From: Octopus sinensis | Lineage: Eukaryota | Direction: 5' to 3' | DNA: 29,536 bases | Assembly (NCBI RefSeq): GCF_006345805.1 | Contig: NW_021824088.1 | Location: 1 to 29,536 of the forward strand | Made by a program: the position numbers and the translations under genes | Notes under the pieces: generated by a model | Databases searched by the model: none | Told to the model about the DNA's origin: nothing | What the model saw: only the letters and a program-made list of their open reading frames with translations | Part shown: positions 13,020-22,362 of the stretch, piece after piece | Numbering within the stretch: the stretch's first letter is position 1 | How the letters are laid out: every line of letters starts with the position of its first letter

Positions 13020-13420
13020 TCCCATAATCTACACCCTTCTTCATTCCCCCTTTTCAATCTCCCCCCATCTTTCTACCCGCAAACTTTATTCCCCTCCTTT
13101 CTCTCCTTTTGCCTTTACTTTCCCTTCGTCTTGCTACCTTTCGACATTGATCGTAGCTTTATGATCAATGTTTGTCATTGTATTTACGATTCCATTTATG
13201 ACTCTGTTTACCTCTGTCTCTGTCTCTATTGGTCTCTTCTTCTTTTATTCTCTCTTTCCCTCTTTCCTTCTCTCCCTCCTCCATCTCCCTTCTTTCTCTC
13301 TTTCTTCCTCTTTCTACTCTCTCGCTCTCCTCCTCTCTCGTTTCTATGTCTCCTCTCTCTCTCTTCTTTTCTCTTCTTTCTCTCTTTTCTCTTTCTTCTT
13401 CCTCTCTTCTTTCCTGACAA
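13020..13420. repeat. Pyrimidine-rich low-complexity tract
   Basis: Seen directly. Confidence 0.9.
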
Positions 13421-13642
13421 TAAACACATGCTGTTTAACACACTTAATGTAATGTTCGCATCACACAACAATAATGGACTTACGTTTCACTTGCCATACT
13501 CAATTACCTCCGCCCTCTCTACAGGCCGGCTGACTGACTGGTTGGATGGATGGATGGATGGATGGATGGATGGATGGGTGGAGGGAGGTATGGCTGGAGG
13601 GTGGTTGCGTGGTGTTTGTATTTTTCCTGTTTTTTTCTTCTA

Positions 13643-13905
13643 TTCTTTTACTCTTTTACTTGTTTCAGTCAGTTGACTGCGGCCATGCTGGAGCACCGCC
13701 ATTAAGAGTTTTTTTTTCTTCTTTTTAATCGAAGAAATCAACCCCCAGGATTTATACTTTGTAAGCCTAGTGTTGATTCTATCGGTGTCTTTTGCCGAAC
13801 CACTAAGTTACGAAGGCGTAAACACACTAGCATCGGTTGTCAAGCGATGATGGTGGGAGGACAAACACAGACACAAGGACATACACAAATACAGACACAC
13901 AGACA
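13643..13905 (-). mobile_element. SINE family A, tail half (probably partner of 15147-15282)
   Basis: Runs TTTTACTTGTTTCAGTCAGTTGACTGCGGCCATGCTGGAGCACCGCC through GGACAAACACAGACAC. Confidence 0.85.
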
Positions 13906-13963
13906 TATGTGTGTGTGTTATATATATATATATATATTATACATTACATATATATATATATAG

Positions 13964-13995
<32 letters not shown>

Positions 13996-14056
13996 ATATA
14001 TATACGTTTAAATATTTGTTGTGCAAGATTTTTATGTGAAGTCGTGTGTTGAACAG

Positions 14057-14421
14057 ATATTGTTATATTTCGGAATGGTCATATTGCCAGTTTTAGCCAA
14101 TAAAACACACGCACTATATATTTGGTGTTATTTTGCTTCAGTTATATTTATTTTTTACATTAATCTTATCTTATTTCGGCCAACGTTCTTTCGTCACACT
14201 CCTGTGACCGCATCAGTGGTCCTTTGTTTGTTTTGTTTTTTTCCTCAAGTAAGTGAGAAGAAAACAAAGGACCACTGATGCGTCACAGGAGTGTGACGAA
14301 GAACTTTGGCCGAAATAAGATTAAGATTAATGTAAAAAATAAATATCACTGAAGCAAAATAACACCAAATATATAGTGCGTTGTTTTTATTGCTAAACTG
14401 GCAATTGACCATTCCGAATAT

Positions 14422-14429
<8 letters not shown>
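14057..14429. repeat. Long inverted repeat (foldback): arms 14057-14229 and 14262-14429, 32-nt spacer
   Basis: The arms are directly reverse complementary, e.g. CACTCCTGTGACCGCATCAGTGGTCC vs GGACCACTGATGCGTCACAGGAGTG. Differences are mostly 1-nt indels. Confidence 0.95.
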
Positions 14430-14472
<43 letters not shown>

Positions 14473-14567
14473 TTATATATATATATATATAATATATAAT
14501 ACTCACAATGTTAGACTACTGACTCAAAACGCTTTTTTTCATTCTCTTTCGATTATCTCTTCTTATT

Positions 14568-14602
14568 CTTTCTGTCGAAGAGCGTAGGCTCGAACGTCAA
14601 AG
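14568..14602 (+). ncRNA. Degenerate minimal type I hammerhead ribozyme-like motif, copy 1
   Basis: CTTT-CTGTCGA-A-GAGC(GTAG)GCTC-GAA-C-GTC-AAAG: helix I CUUU/AAAG, helix II 4 bp, GUC cleavage triplet. One A of GAAA is missing and A6 is U. Confidence 0.45.
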
Positions 14603-14696
14603 GTTCCTCCATTTTTCCCAGCGTCAAACTAATACACTTGCGTGTTGTTCTTACCATGTCTTCGTCTTTGTTTTTCTATAACTATGAGCTATATTA

Positions 14697-14727
<31 letters not shown>

Positions 14728-14802
14728 ATCGCACGTTGAATCGCTAGCTTCTGCAACGCATTGTTTCTCTCCTTGTTTCTCTCCGTGTTTCTTTTCTGTG
14801 TA

Positions 14803-14840
14803 TCTTTCTGTTGAAGAGCGTAGGCTCGAAACGTAAAAGA
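14803..14840 (+). ncRNA. Minimal type I hammerhead ribozyme-like motif, copy 2
   Basis: TCTTT-CTGTTGA-A-GAGC(GTAG)GCTC-GAAA-C-GTA-AAAGA: 5-bp helix I, 4-bp helix II closed by G10.1-C11.1, palindromic ACGT in place of helix III, GUA triplet. Core deviations are A6U and an extra A after A9. Confidence 0.6.
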
Positions 14841-14957
14841 CTTGTTTTATTTATATTCCTGAGCGCCATACTAATACAATTGTTTGTTTGTACACCTGCC
14901 TTCGTCTTTTGTTTATTTCATAAAGCTTCCCGTTATATATGTACCTCGCTCAGAGAT

Positions 14958-15080
<123 letters not shown>

Positions 15081-15146
15081 TATATATATTAAACACTCAC
15101 ACGCACGCTCGCACGCACACACACGCACATATATATATATATATAT

Positions 15147-15282
15147 ACGACGGGCTTCTTTCAGTTTCCGTCTACCAAATCCCCTCACAAGGCTTTAGTC
15201 GGCCTGTGGCTACAGCAGAAGACACTTGCCCAAGGTACCGCACAGTGGGACTGAACCTGGAACTATGTATTTGGGAAGCAAG
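15147..15282 (-). mobile_element. SINE family A, head half (extreme 5-prime end lost)
   Basis: Runs ACGACGGGCTTCTTTCAGTTTCCGTCTACCAAATC through GGGACTGAACCTGGAAC. Confidence 0.85.
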
Positions 15283-15429
15283 ACATGCATAACGTAAATA
15301 GCAGTAGTTGCTGTTTCCCACCAGGCATTTCCATCCGTGGCCGTCCCACCCATTCATAGAGGGCAGGAGACAGAAATGATCTGAGGGACACTTGGTTGCT
15401 CTTTCTAACGGGTCAACCAACCACATACA

Positions 15430-15443
15430 CCGCCCTCTGGTGG
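15430..15443 (-). promoter_or_regulatory. CTCF-like motif
   Basis: The minus strand reads CCACCAGAGGGCGG, matching the CTCF core CCASYAGRKGGCRS. This is a motif match only. Confidence 0.4.
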
Positions 15444-15634
15444 TAAAAATGATAGAACGGGTGGCACTGAACGAGCATTGAACGGCATAGAACGGGTTGA
15501 ATTGTAGATGGGAGCCATAGGGAGATGGGTATGGGCTGTGAGTATGAGTGGGGGTAAGTAGTTGAGTGTGAGAATGAGGGTGGCTGTGAGTGGAGGACAG
15601 CGATCGCAATCACGAACACCGCCATCAGCATCGG

Positions 15635-15665
<31 letters not shown>

Positions 15666-15797
15666 CTACTACTACTACTACTACAACTACTAATACCACT
15701 ACTACTACTGCTGCTGTCACTACTTCTACTACCACCACCACCACCACCATCGCTACTACTACTACTGCCACTACTACTACTACTACTACTACTACTG

Positions 15798-15828
<31 letters not shown>

Positions 15829-15968
15829 TACAACTACTGCCACTACTACAACTACTAATATCACTACTACTACCGCTGCTGCCACTACTTCTACTACCAC
15901 AAGCAGAAATGCCACCGTCATGACTACCACCACCACCACCATCACTACTACTACTACTACTACTACTG

Positions 15969-16000
<32 letters not shown>
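15635..16000. repeat. (ACT)n/(ACC)n trinucleotide array
   Basis: Seen directly. Confidence 0.95.
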
Positions 16001-16001
<1 letters not shown>

Positions 16002-16364
16002 ATCTTTGGTGAATGGTTTCGTATCATTGTGACGGTGAAAGTGTGAGAGAGGAGCAGCCGTCGTGTACGACATACGGGTGTCTATGGGACTCTTGCTGTT
16101 TCTGAATGGCATAACTGGGTGGATGATGAGAGGACGATGAGTAGATGTGGGTAGATGGGAATAAAAGAGGTGACAACGCGTTAGGTAACACTGGTGGGTA
16201 AGAGGTGGCGGTTTAGCTTTCGTAATAGAGGTCGCGGTAAGAGTATGGGTGGTGGCGGTGGTGGTGGTGACGGTGGTGGTGGTCGCATGCACGTGTGTGT
16301 GCATGCATTGTGTGTTTGGAGGCCAACCACAAAAGAATGGGTCCACTGAAAAAAGTGACAACAC

Positions 16365-16420
16365 TTGCTGTGCTCCAGCACGGCCACAGCCTTCGGGCTG
16401 AAACGCATCAGAGAAAGAAA
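16365..16420 (+). mobile_element. SINE tail fragment (family A-related)
   Basis: GTGCTCCAGCACGGCCACAGC...GCTGAAACG followed by an A-rich tail. Confidence 0.55.
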
Positions 16421-16529
16421 GAATAAAAGAATGTATGTGTGTGTGCGTGTGTGTGTGTGTGTGTGTGCATACAAAATATATATAATACCAAACTGGTAAA
16501 GATAGTAGAGATGTCTCTATCTTAACCAG

Positions 16530-16545
16530 TTGTGTATTATTATTA

Positions 16546-16635
<90 letters not shown>

Positions 16636-16677
16636 CAATTATTATTATTATTATTATTATTATTATCATTATTATTA

Positions 16678-16722
<45 letters not shown>

Positions 16723-16817
16723 CATTATTATTCATTATTATTACATTATTATTATTATATTATTATTATCATGTATTATTATTATTATTATTATTATGAT
16801 TATCATTATTATTATTA

Positions 16818-16863
<46 letters not shown>

Positions 16864-16945
16864 CATTATTATTATTATTATTATTATTATCATTAGTATT
16901 ATTATTATTATTATTAATTATTATTATTATTATTATTATTTTATC
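16530..16945. repeat. (ATT)n trinucleotide array
   Basis: Seen directly. Confidence 0.97.
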
Positions 16946-16954
16946 CATTATCAC

Positions 16955-17379
16955 TCTCTTTTACACTTCTACTCTTTTTACTTGTTTCAGTCTTTTGACT
17001 GCGGCCATGCCGGAGCACCGCCTTTAGTCGAGCAACTCGACCCCGGGACTTATTCTTTGTAGGCCCAGTACTTATTCTATCGGTCTCTTTTGCCGAACCG
17101 CTAAGTAACGGGGACGTAAACACACCAGCATCGGTTGTCGAGCAATGCTAGGGGGACAAACACAGACACACAAATATACACACGCATATATATATATATA
17201 TATACATACATATATACGATGGGCTTCTTTCAGTTTCCGTCTACCGCATCCACTCACAAGGCTTTGGTCGGCCCGAGGCTATAGTAGAAGACACTTGCCC
17301 AAGGTGCCACGCAGCGGGACTGAACCCGGAACCATGTGGTTGGTAAACTAGCTCCTTACCACACCGCCACTCCTTTCGC
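16955..17379 (-). mobile_element. SINE family A, full length
   Basis: Close to consensus over tail, internal microsatellite and head. Confidence 0.92.
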
Positions 17380-17422
17380 TTTTCACTAAATAAATTTTTC
17401 ACCTTGGTTAATTTTTTTATGC

Positions 17423-17453
<31 letters not shown>

Positions 17454-17504
17454 AGCATTTATTTAGCTAGTTAATGAGGTAGCTAATTAATTTGTTAGTT
17501 CGTT

Positions 17505-17664
17505 AGTTTGAATTACAGGTACAACTAATTTTTTTCAGCTGAGTTAACTGGATTGACGTGAAATAAAGTGTTTTGCTCAAGAACACTACACGTTCCAGGG
17601 AATCGAACTCATAACCTTAAGACTGTGAGCCGAAGACGCTAACCACTAAGCCAGGTGCCTTCAC
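17505..17664 (-). mobile_element. tRNA-derived SINE (family B-related), 5-prime part
   Basis: The minus strand reads GTGAAGGCACCTGGCTTAGTGGTTAG...GAGTTCGATTCCC (A and B boxes), then TCTTGAGCAAAACACTTTATTTCACG. Confidence 0.75.
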
Positions 17665-17760
17665 TTATCTTTTAATTAATTAATTGATTGGTCGATTTTT
17701 ACATTTATTTATTCATATATTTATTTGTATATATTTGTTCTTCTATTTCATTTCCTGCAG

Positions 17761-17839
17761 AAACTTCGATCTGGAGAGACCAATTCGGGATCCATATCCA
17801 GAATTTGGGACCCGACCGATTGTTCCACCTGGAAGGAGA
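17761..17839 (+). other. Candidate upstream (probably 5-prime UTR) exon of the CCDC83-like gene
   Basis: Strong acceptor ttctatttcatttcctgcag| and donor GGAGA|gtgagg around 79 nt of unique sequence, ~370 nt upstream of the ATG. A matching acceptor ttaatttag| lies at 18193/18194. Confidence 0.5.
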
Positions 17840-17899
17840 GTGAGGCACGGTTCCACAACGTTTCATTTTTCTTCATATGAAAGCCGTTTGTGTGTGTGC

Positions 17900-18050
17900 A
17901 TACGCATGCACACACACAAATACACAAACAACAAGAAGTCGTGCACAAGGAATGTGTTAGCTTGGCGCTCGGTGAAAAAAGAGAGTTTGACGTTTCGAGC
18001 ATAGCTCTTCGTCGGAAAAGAGGAAGGGAAAAGTTCAAAGAAGGAAGAAG
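17900..18050 (-). mobile_element. Third hammerhead-bearing repeat unit, opposite strand
   Basis: The minus strand at 18019-17986 reads TTTT-CCGACGA-A-GAGC(TAT)GCTC-GAAA-C-GTC-AAA. It is followed by GAGCGCCAAGCTAACACA, related to the blocks at 14620 and 14861. Confidence 0.6.
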
Positions 18051-18087
18051 AAATCAGCAACAGCAGGCATATGGTTACATTGCTGAA

Positions 18088-18121
<34 letters not shown>

Positions 18122-18207
18122 TATATATATATATATATTATATATATATATTAATACGCTTTCCCATACAACACACTAAACGCGTTAATTTAGAGAAATT
18201 AATCACG

Positions 18208-18303
18208 ATGGACAAAAGAAGAAGAAGAAGACAAAAGGAAGTAAGAAGAAAAGAAGACCAAAGGCGCTTTGATGTCAGATAGGGAAGCCATCTTGGTTTA
18301 CAA
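18208..18303 (+). CDS. CCDC83: CCDC83-like coding exon 1 (Lys-rich N-terminus plus MSDREAILVY); frame disrupted upstream of 18272 as assembled
   Basis: ATG at 18208 sits in a good context (ACGATGG). The strong donor TACAA|GTAAGA at 18303/18304 is phase 2 and matches exon 2. 18251-18303 reads KKTKGALMSDREAILVY, but that frame has TAA at 18242-18244. Confidence 0.7.
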
Positions 18304-18424
18304 GTAAGATGGAGAATTTCACTTCTTTTATAATAACGATTAGTGCTGCCCCAGCATTGCCTTAAGCCATTGTCTCTTAGGGATATGGGACTGTGTTTAG
18401 AATCGTGCTAAGTTCTAACATATA

Positions 18425-18900
18425 CATTCACGTATGTATGTATGCATGTATGTATGTATGTATGTATGTATGTATGTATGTATGTATGTATGTATGTATG
18501 TATGTATGTATATACGTATGTACGTATGCATGTAAGTATGTATGTATGTTTGTATGTATGTATGTATGTATGTATGTATGTATGTATGTATTTATGTATG
18601 TATGTATTTATGTATGTATGTATGTATGTATTTTTGTGTGTACGTATGTATGTATCTATTCATGTGTGGTTGCATGTATGGATATATGAATGTATATATA
18701 CGCTGTATAATATATACTGTATACATATTTATATATATATATATATGTATATATATACATATACACACACAGAGATATACATATCTGATTACACACGCAC
18801 ACATACATATGTGTGTGTCTTCTCTCTCTATAAATATATATATACACTCACATACAATTACATTTAGGCACATTCGGCTATATGTATCTGAGTATATATA
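18425..18900. repeat. (TATG)n and (TA)n microsatellite
   Basis: Seen directly. Confidence 0.95.
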
Positions 18901-18932
18901 TTAATATATCCATATACACACCCAAATACGAC

Positions 18933-19636
18933 GCTAAGCCATTCCTTACGCTGCTTCATATTGATGTACAGGCACCATTTTTCGTCGCCAGTAACGATTC
19001 GGTAAAGAAATCGTTGCTTGTGTCCATGAGTTGAGCGGTGACGATCAAGCAAACCAGTGAAGATTGTGGTTCGTTGAGTTTTGTTGTTGTCACTTAAAGC
19101 ATGTCGAACCTTTCTCATCGACTGAACGAACTTTTCTCATCGACTGAAGATACTTCTCTATAGCAGTGTGGGAGCATTCCATTTTCTCTGTCAGTTCCCT
19201 TGTCGTTTGACGAGAATTTTCGTGCAAAAGGTGGTTTAATCGCTCTTCATCGAAATCAACCGGACTGCCAGAACGAGGTGCGTCTTTGAGATCAAAATTT
19301 CCATTTTTGAACTTGGTATACCAATCACCAGCGGTTCTTTCAGCTATGGTACCCTCTCCATACACAACACAAATGTCGTGAGCAGCTTCTGTGGCCTTAG
19401 AACGCTGATTAAAAGCAAAAAGAAGGAGGTGTCGAAAATGCTCGTTTTTCTTAACTTAATATTCCATTTTAATGATCTGAAAATAAACAAAAATTAGCTA
19501 AAATTAACTAGAAAAATAACAAAATAGATTCAAAAATGATTCAAAAATAGAAATCTCGGAAACCATAGATTCCAAAATTGAAAACGCTATAGATTCCAAA
19601 TTTTTAAAAACGGCGGGAACTTAGTTGCCAACCCAG
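18933..19636 (-). mobile_element. Mariner transposon, 5-prime half (truncated after first catalytic Asp)
   Basis: TIR-like end TA|CTGGGTTGGCAACTAAGT. Transposase text includes HFRHLLLFAF, YGEGTIAERTAGDWYTKFKNGNFDLKDAPRSG, TTREL, HALS and RIVTGDEKWCLY. Confidence 0.92.
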
Positions 19637-19712
19637 TATATGTATGCATGTATATAAACACGCGTACACATGCACATTCACACGTATATATAGAGAGATA
19701 TATGCATATATA

Positions 19713-20155
19713 CGAGGGTGATTCAAAAAGTAATGCCATTTTGTTCAGGACAGGTATAATTACCAACACAGGAACATGTATCATACATCAAAATGAAGCT
19801 GGTCCTCTGTGGATCACATCCCTACTTCTCAACATAGTCACCATTTCTCTCAATAGCAATGTTCCACCTTTGAATGAGAGTATGTATCCCTGCCGCGTAA
19901 AATTCTGCTGACTGTTCTTTGGGCCCCATCTTTACTACAGTTTTCTTGTCCTCGTCATTGGAACAATTTGGCGCCTTCAGACTATCATCTCTTCAGCCCC
20001 ATGAAAGAGGGTTTGAGAGGCAAACAGTGAAAACTGTAGTGAAGAAGTGACTCAAAGAACAGTTAACAGAATTTTATGGGATGGGGATACATGCTCTCAT
20101 TCGAGGGTGGAACATTGCTATTGAGAGAAACGGTGACTATGTTGAGAAGTAGGGA
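19713..20155. mobile_element. Mariner-derived MITE-like element made of two inverted 3-prime ends
   Basis: Left end TA|CGAGGGTGATTCAAAAAG. 19819-19945 and 20029-20155 are reverse complements. The centre encodes LAPSDYHLFSPMKEGLRGK (YSPDLAPSDY region). The right TIR is lost. Confidence 0.85.
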
Positions 20156-20345
20156 ATCTTAGAGGCAAATTGAGCTTGTAGGCGAGTTCGCTTACTCAAC
20201 AATCTCAGGTCGTCCGACATAGATGTGGCAGCCATCAGTGAGACTCGGATCTCTGGAGTGCACTCCCGTTATGGATGACTATCAAATACACTTATTTTAA
20301 GGTCTGTCAAGATCGGCCGGCGGGATGGCGGTGCTATTTTGGAAA
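20156..20345 (+). mobile_element. Decayed LINE apurinic-type endonuclease (APE) fragment
   Basis: Translates to LLNNLRSSDIDVAAISETRISG and GRRDGG-AIL, typical APE motif blocks; frameshifted. Confidence 0.55.
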
Positions 20346-20762
20346 TCTTTTAATCACAAGTTCGATTAATCTATTTCATTAATTAGTAGCTTCTTACAGC
20401 AGTTTTGGCACATTTGACTAGTCCCATATCCCACAGTTACTTATGTATCTTAACTGAATTCAAGAACAAGAAAGAGATTCAAGATAGGGTTCGAGCGATG
20501 CATTAGCAACGAACACTGGAGATGGTAGAAACATTTGGCCGAGTGTCACACATCTGACTCAATAGGGCACATGCTGTTGTGTGTGAGGTTTATCGTTTAC
20601 ATCGTTGAGTGGCCTCAGGCAGTTCTGATGACGAAACATCTACAGAGCTGCATCGCTCATCAGATCCTGCAATCGGATTCGGAGTACAACAGAACCCTCA
20701 GTACTCATGTGTTTACTCTAAATTAAATTATTTTCATGTTTTTGTTAAATATATATTTCTAG

Positions 20763-20847
20763 ATTAAGTGTTGCCGAGGAGAAACTCCACGAAGCAAAAC
20801 AAGAGGCACAAGCATGGAAGGAGAAGAATGAACGCCATATCAAAAGG
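20763..20847 (+). CDS. CCDC83: CCDC83-like coding exon 2
   Basis: Acceptor atatatttctag|A, donor AAAAGG|gtatct; 85 nt, phase 2 to 0; encodes LSVAEEKLHEAKQEAQAWKEKNERHIKR. Confidence 0.85.
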
Positions 20848-21529
20848 GTATCTTTCGCATTTCTTCATCTATTGTTGATGGGTTACTAGAATCGTTAGGG
20901 TGTCCCAAATATATAAATGGCTTTACGATATTTCCTCCGGCTCCTAGTTATTACATGTACTTCTCAAGATTGTTACTCCTTGTTCCCAGAAGTACTACTA
21001 CCACCTTTTTAGTGACCACAACTGCTTAACCTCCCAAGCTAACCTGTCATATCTCTCTACTTTTCTTTCTTCCTTATTGCATACTTTGTTGTCAGCTGGG
21101 CAAGCTATATCTATGATCCAGAATCGTTTGCTTTCTTTCTAAATTATCATTATTATTATTATTGTTGTTGTTGTTATTGTTGTTGTTGTTATCATCATTG
21201 TTACTAGTATTATCATTTTTATCATTATTATTGTCATTGAGAGGTGAGTGTAGTAGAAAAAGAGGTGAGGTTACTTTCTCGAGTCATACCGACTCATAAG
21301 GGGCGGATTCCCGGGTTCCCTGACGAATAAATTCCCTATCTGGATGGGACGTCGGTCTGTTCAACACCCTAACCCCTAACACACGCGCCTCATCGAGGTG
21401 GTGGAGTGCGTGAGTATATTACAGAAAAGAAGAAACGAACAAGAATTTGCTTCCATCTGCGAAATATGTATTATTTTAACGTCTCCAGTTGAACAGAATG
21501 AAAGCTGAATATCCATTCTTTGATTCTAG

Positions 21530-21698
21530 AATCACAAGCTTCATTCAGAACAAAAGGTTCTCGTGGACCGTCTTTTGAACCAATTCCGAGAAACTGAAAC
21601 CAAATGGAACAGTGAAGAAGTTGTCGGTAAAGATGTGGTCGTAGAAGCGCTCCAAGACAAATGGAATCGAGTCGAAGACCACAAGAAAGTTATTGCCG
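21530..21698 (+). CDS. CCDC83: CCDC83-like coding exon 3
   Basis: Acceptor ttctttgattctag|AAT, donor GCCG|gtaaaa; 169 nt, phase 0 to 1; encodes NHKLHSEQKVLVDRLLNQFRETETKWNSEEVVGKDVVVEALQDKWNRVEDHKKVIA. Confidence 0.88.
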
Positions 21699-21804
21699 GT
21701 AAAACAGCTTTATTTGACTTGTTGTTGTTGATGCTGCTGCTGCTGCGACTGCTGTTGTTGATGTTGTTATTGATGCTATTGTTGATGTTGTTGTTGATGT
21801 TGTT

Positions 21805-22012
21805 GCTGAACTATCAGAATCGTTAGCACGCCGGACTAAATGCTTAGCGGCATTTCGTCCGCCTTTACGTTCGGAGTCCAAATTTCACCGAAGTCGATTT
21901 GCCTTTCATCCTTCGCAGTCGATAAATTAAGTACCAGTTACGCACTGGTGTCGATGTAATCGACTAGCCCCCTCCCCTAAAATTTCAGCCTTGTGCCTAT
22001 AGCAGAAAGGAT
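21805..22012 (+). mobile_element. SINE family D (probable Nin/Deu-domain SINE) with (ATT)n tail
   Basis: AGAATCGTTAGCACGCCGG head; central GCCTTTCATCCTTCGCAGTCGATAAATTAAGTACCAG block resembling the Nin/Deu domain (from memory). Confidence 0.85.
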
Positions 22013-22141
<129 letters not shown>

Positions 22142-22142
<1 letters not shown>

Positions 22143-22362
22143 AAGGCGGCGTGCTGGCGAAATTGTTAGAGTGTCAGACCAAATGCTGAGCGACATTTCA
22201 TCTGTCACTACGTTCTGATGTTCACATTCCACCCAAGCTGATTTCACCTTCCATCATTGCTGAAGTCATGAAAGAAATACCAGTCAAGCACTGGGAGTGA
22301 TGCAATCGTCCGGCCCTCAACCCCTAAAATTTCGGGCCTTTTGCCTATACTAGAAAGCTATT
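22142..22362 (+). mobile_element. SINE family D, older diverged copy
   Basis: Collinear with the neighbouring copy: AAATGCTGAGCGACATTTC ... CCCCTAAAATTTCGGGCCTT. Confidence 0.75.

Larger units (their letters stand above)
14500..14955 (+). mobile_element. Two related tandem hammerhead-bearing repeat units (Penelope pLTR / retrozyme-like), separated by (TA)n
   Basis: Units ~14500-14690 and ~14740-14955 share the hammerhead motif and the downstream block AGCG(T/C)CA(A/T)ACTAATACA...TG(T/C)CTTCGTCTTT. Confidence 0.6.

Noticed and set aside
15590-16012. Poly-Thr (mucin-like) ORF and its poly-Val / poly-Ser antisense ORFs
   Set aside because: It is a pure (ACT/ACC)n repeat that is open in several frames, with no splice context or unique coding sequence.
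17590-17664. tRNA gene (also the other SINE heads)
   Set aside because: A/B boxes are present but there is no complete cloverleaf, and the sequence continues into SINE body.
20462-20706. Apparent decayed ORF KNKKEIQDRVRAMH*QRTLEMVETFG...
   Set aside because: Three stops in ~82 codons is what random sequence gives, and no family motif was recognised.
21563-21826. ORF-track proteins 21563-21826, 24661-25206 and 27800-28102 as standalone genes
   Set aside because: Each is a CCDC83-like exon read through into intronic simple repeats.
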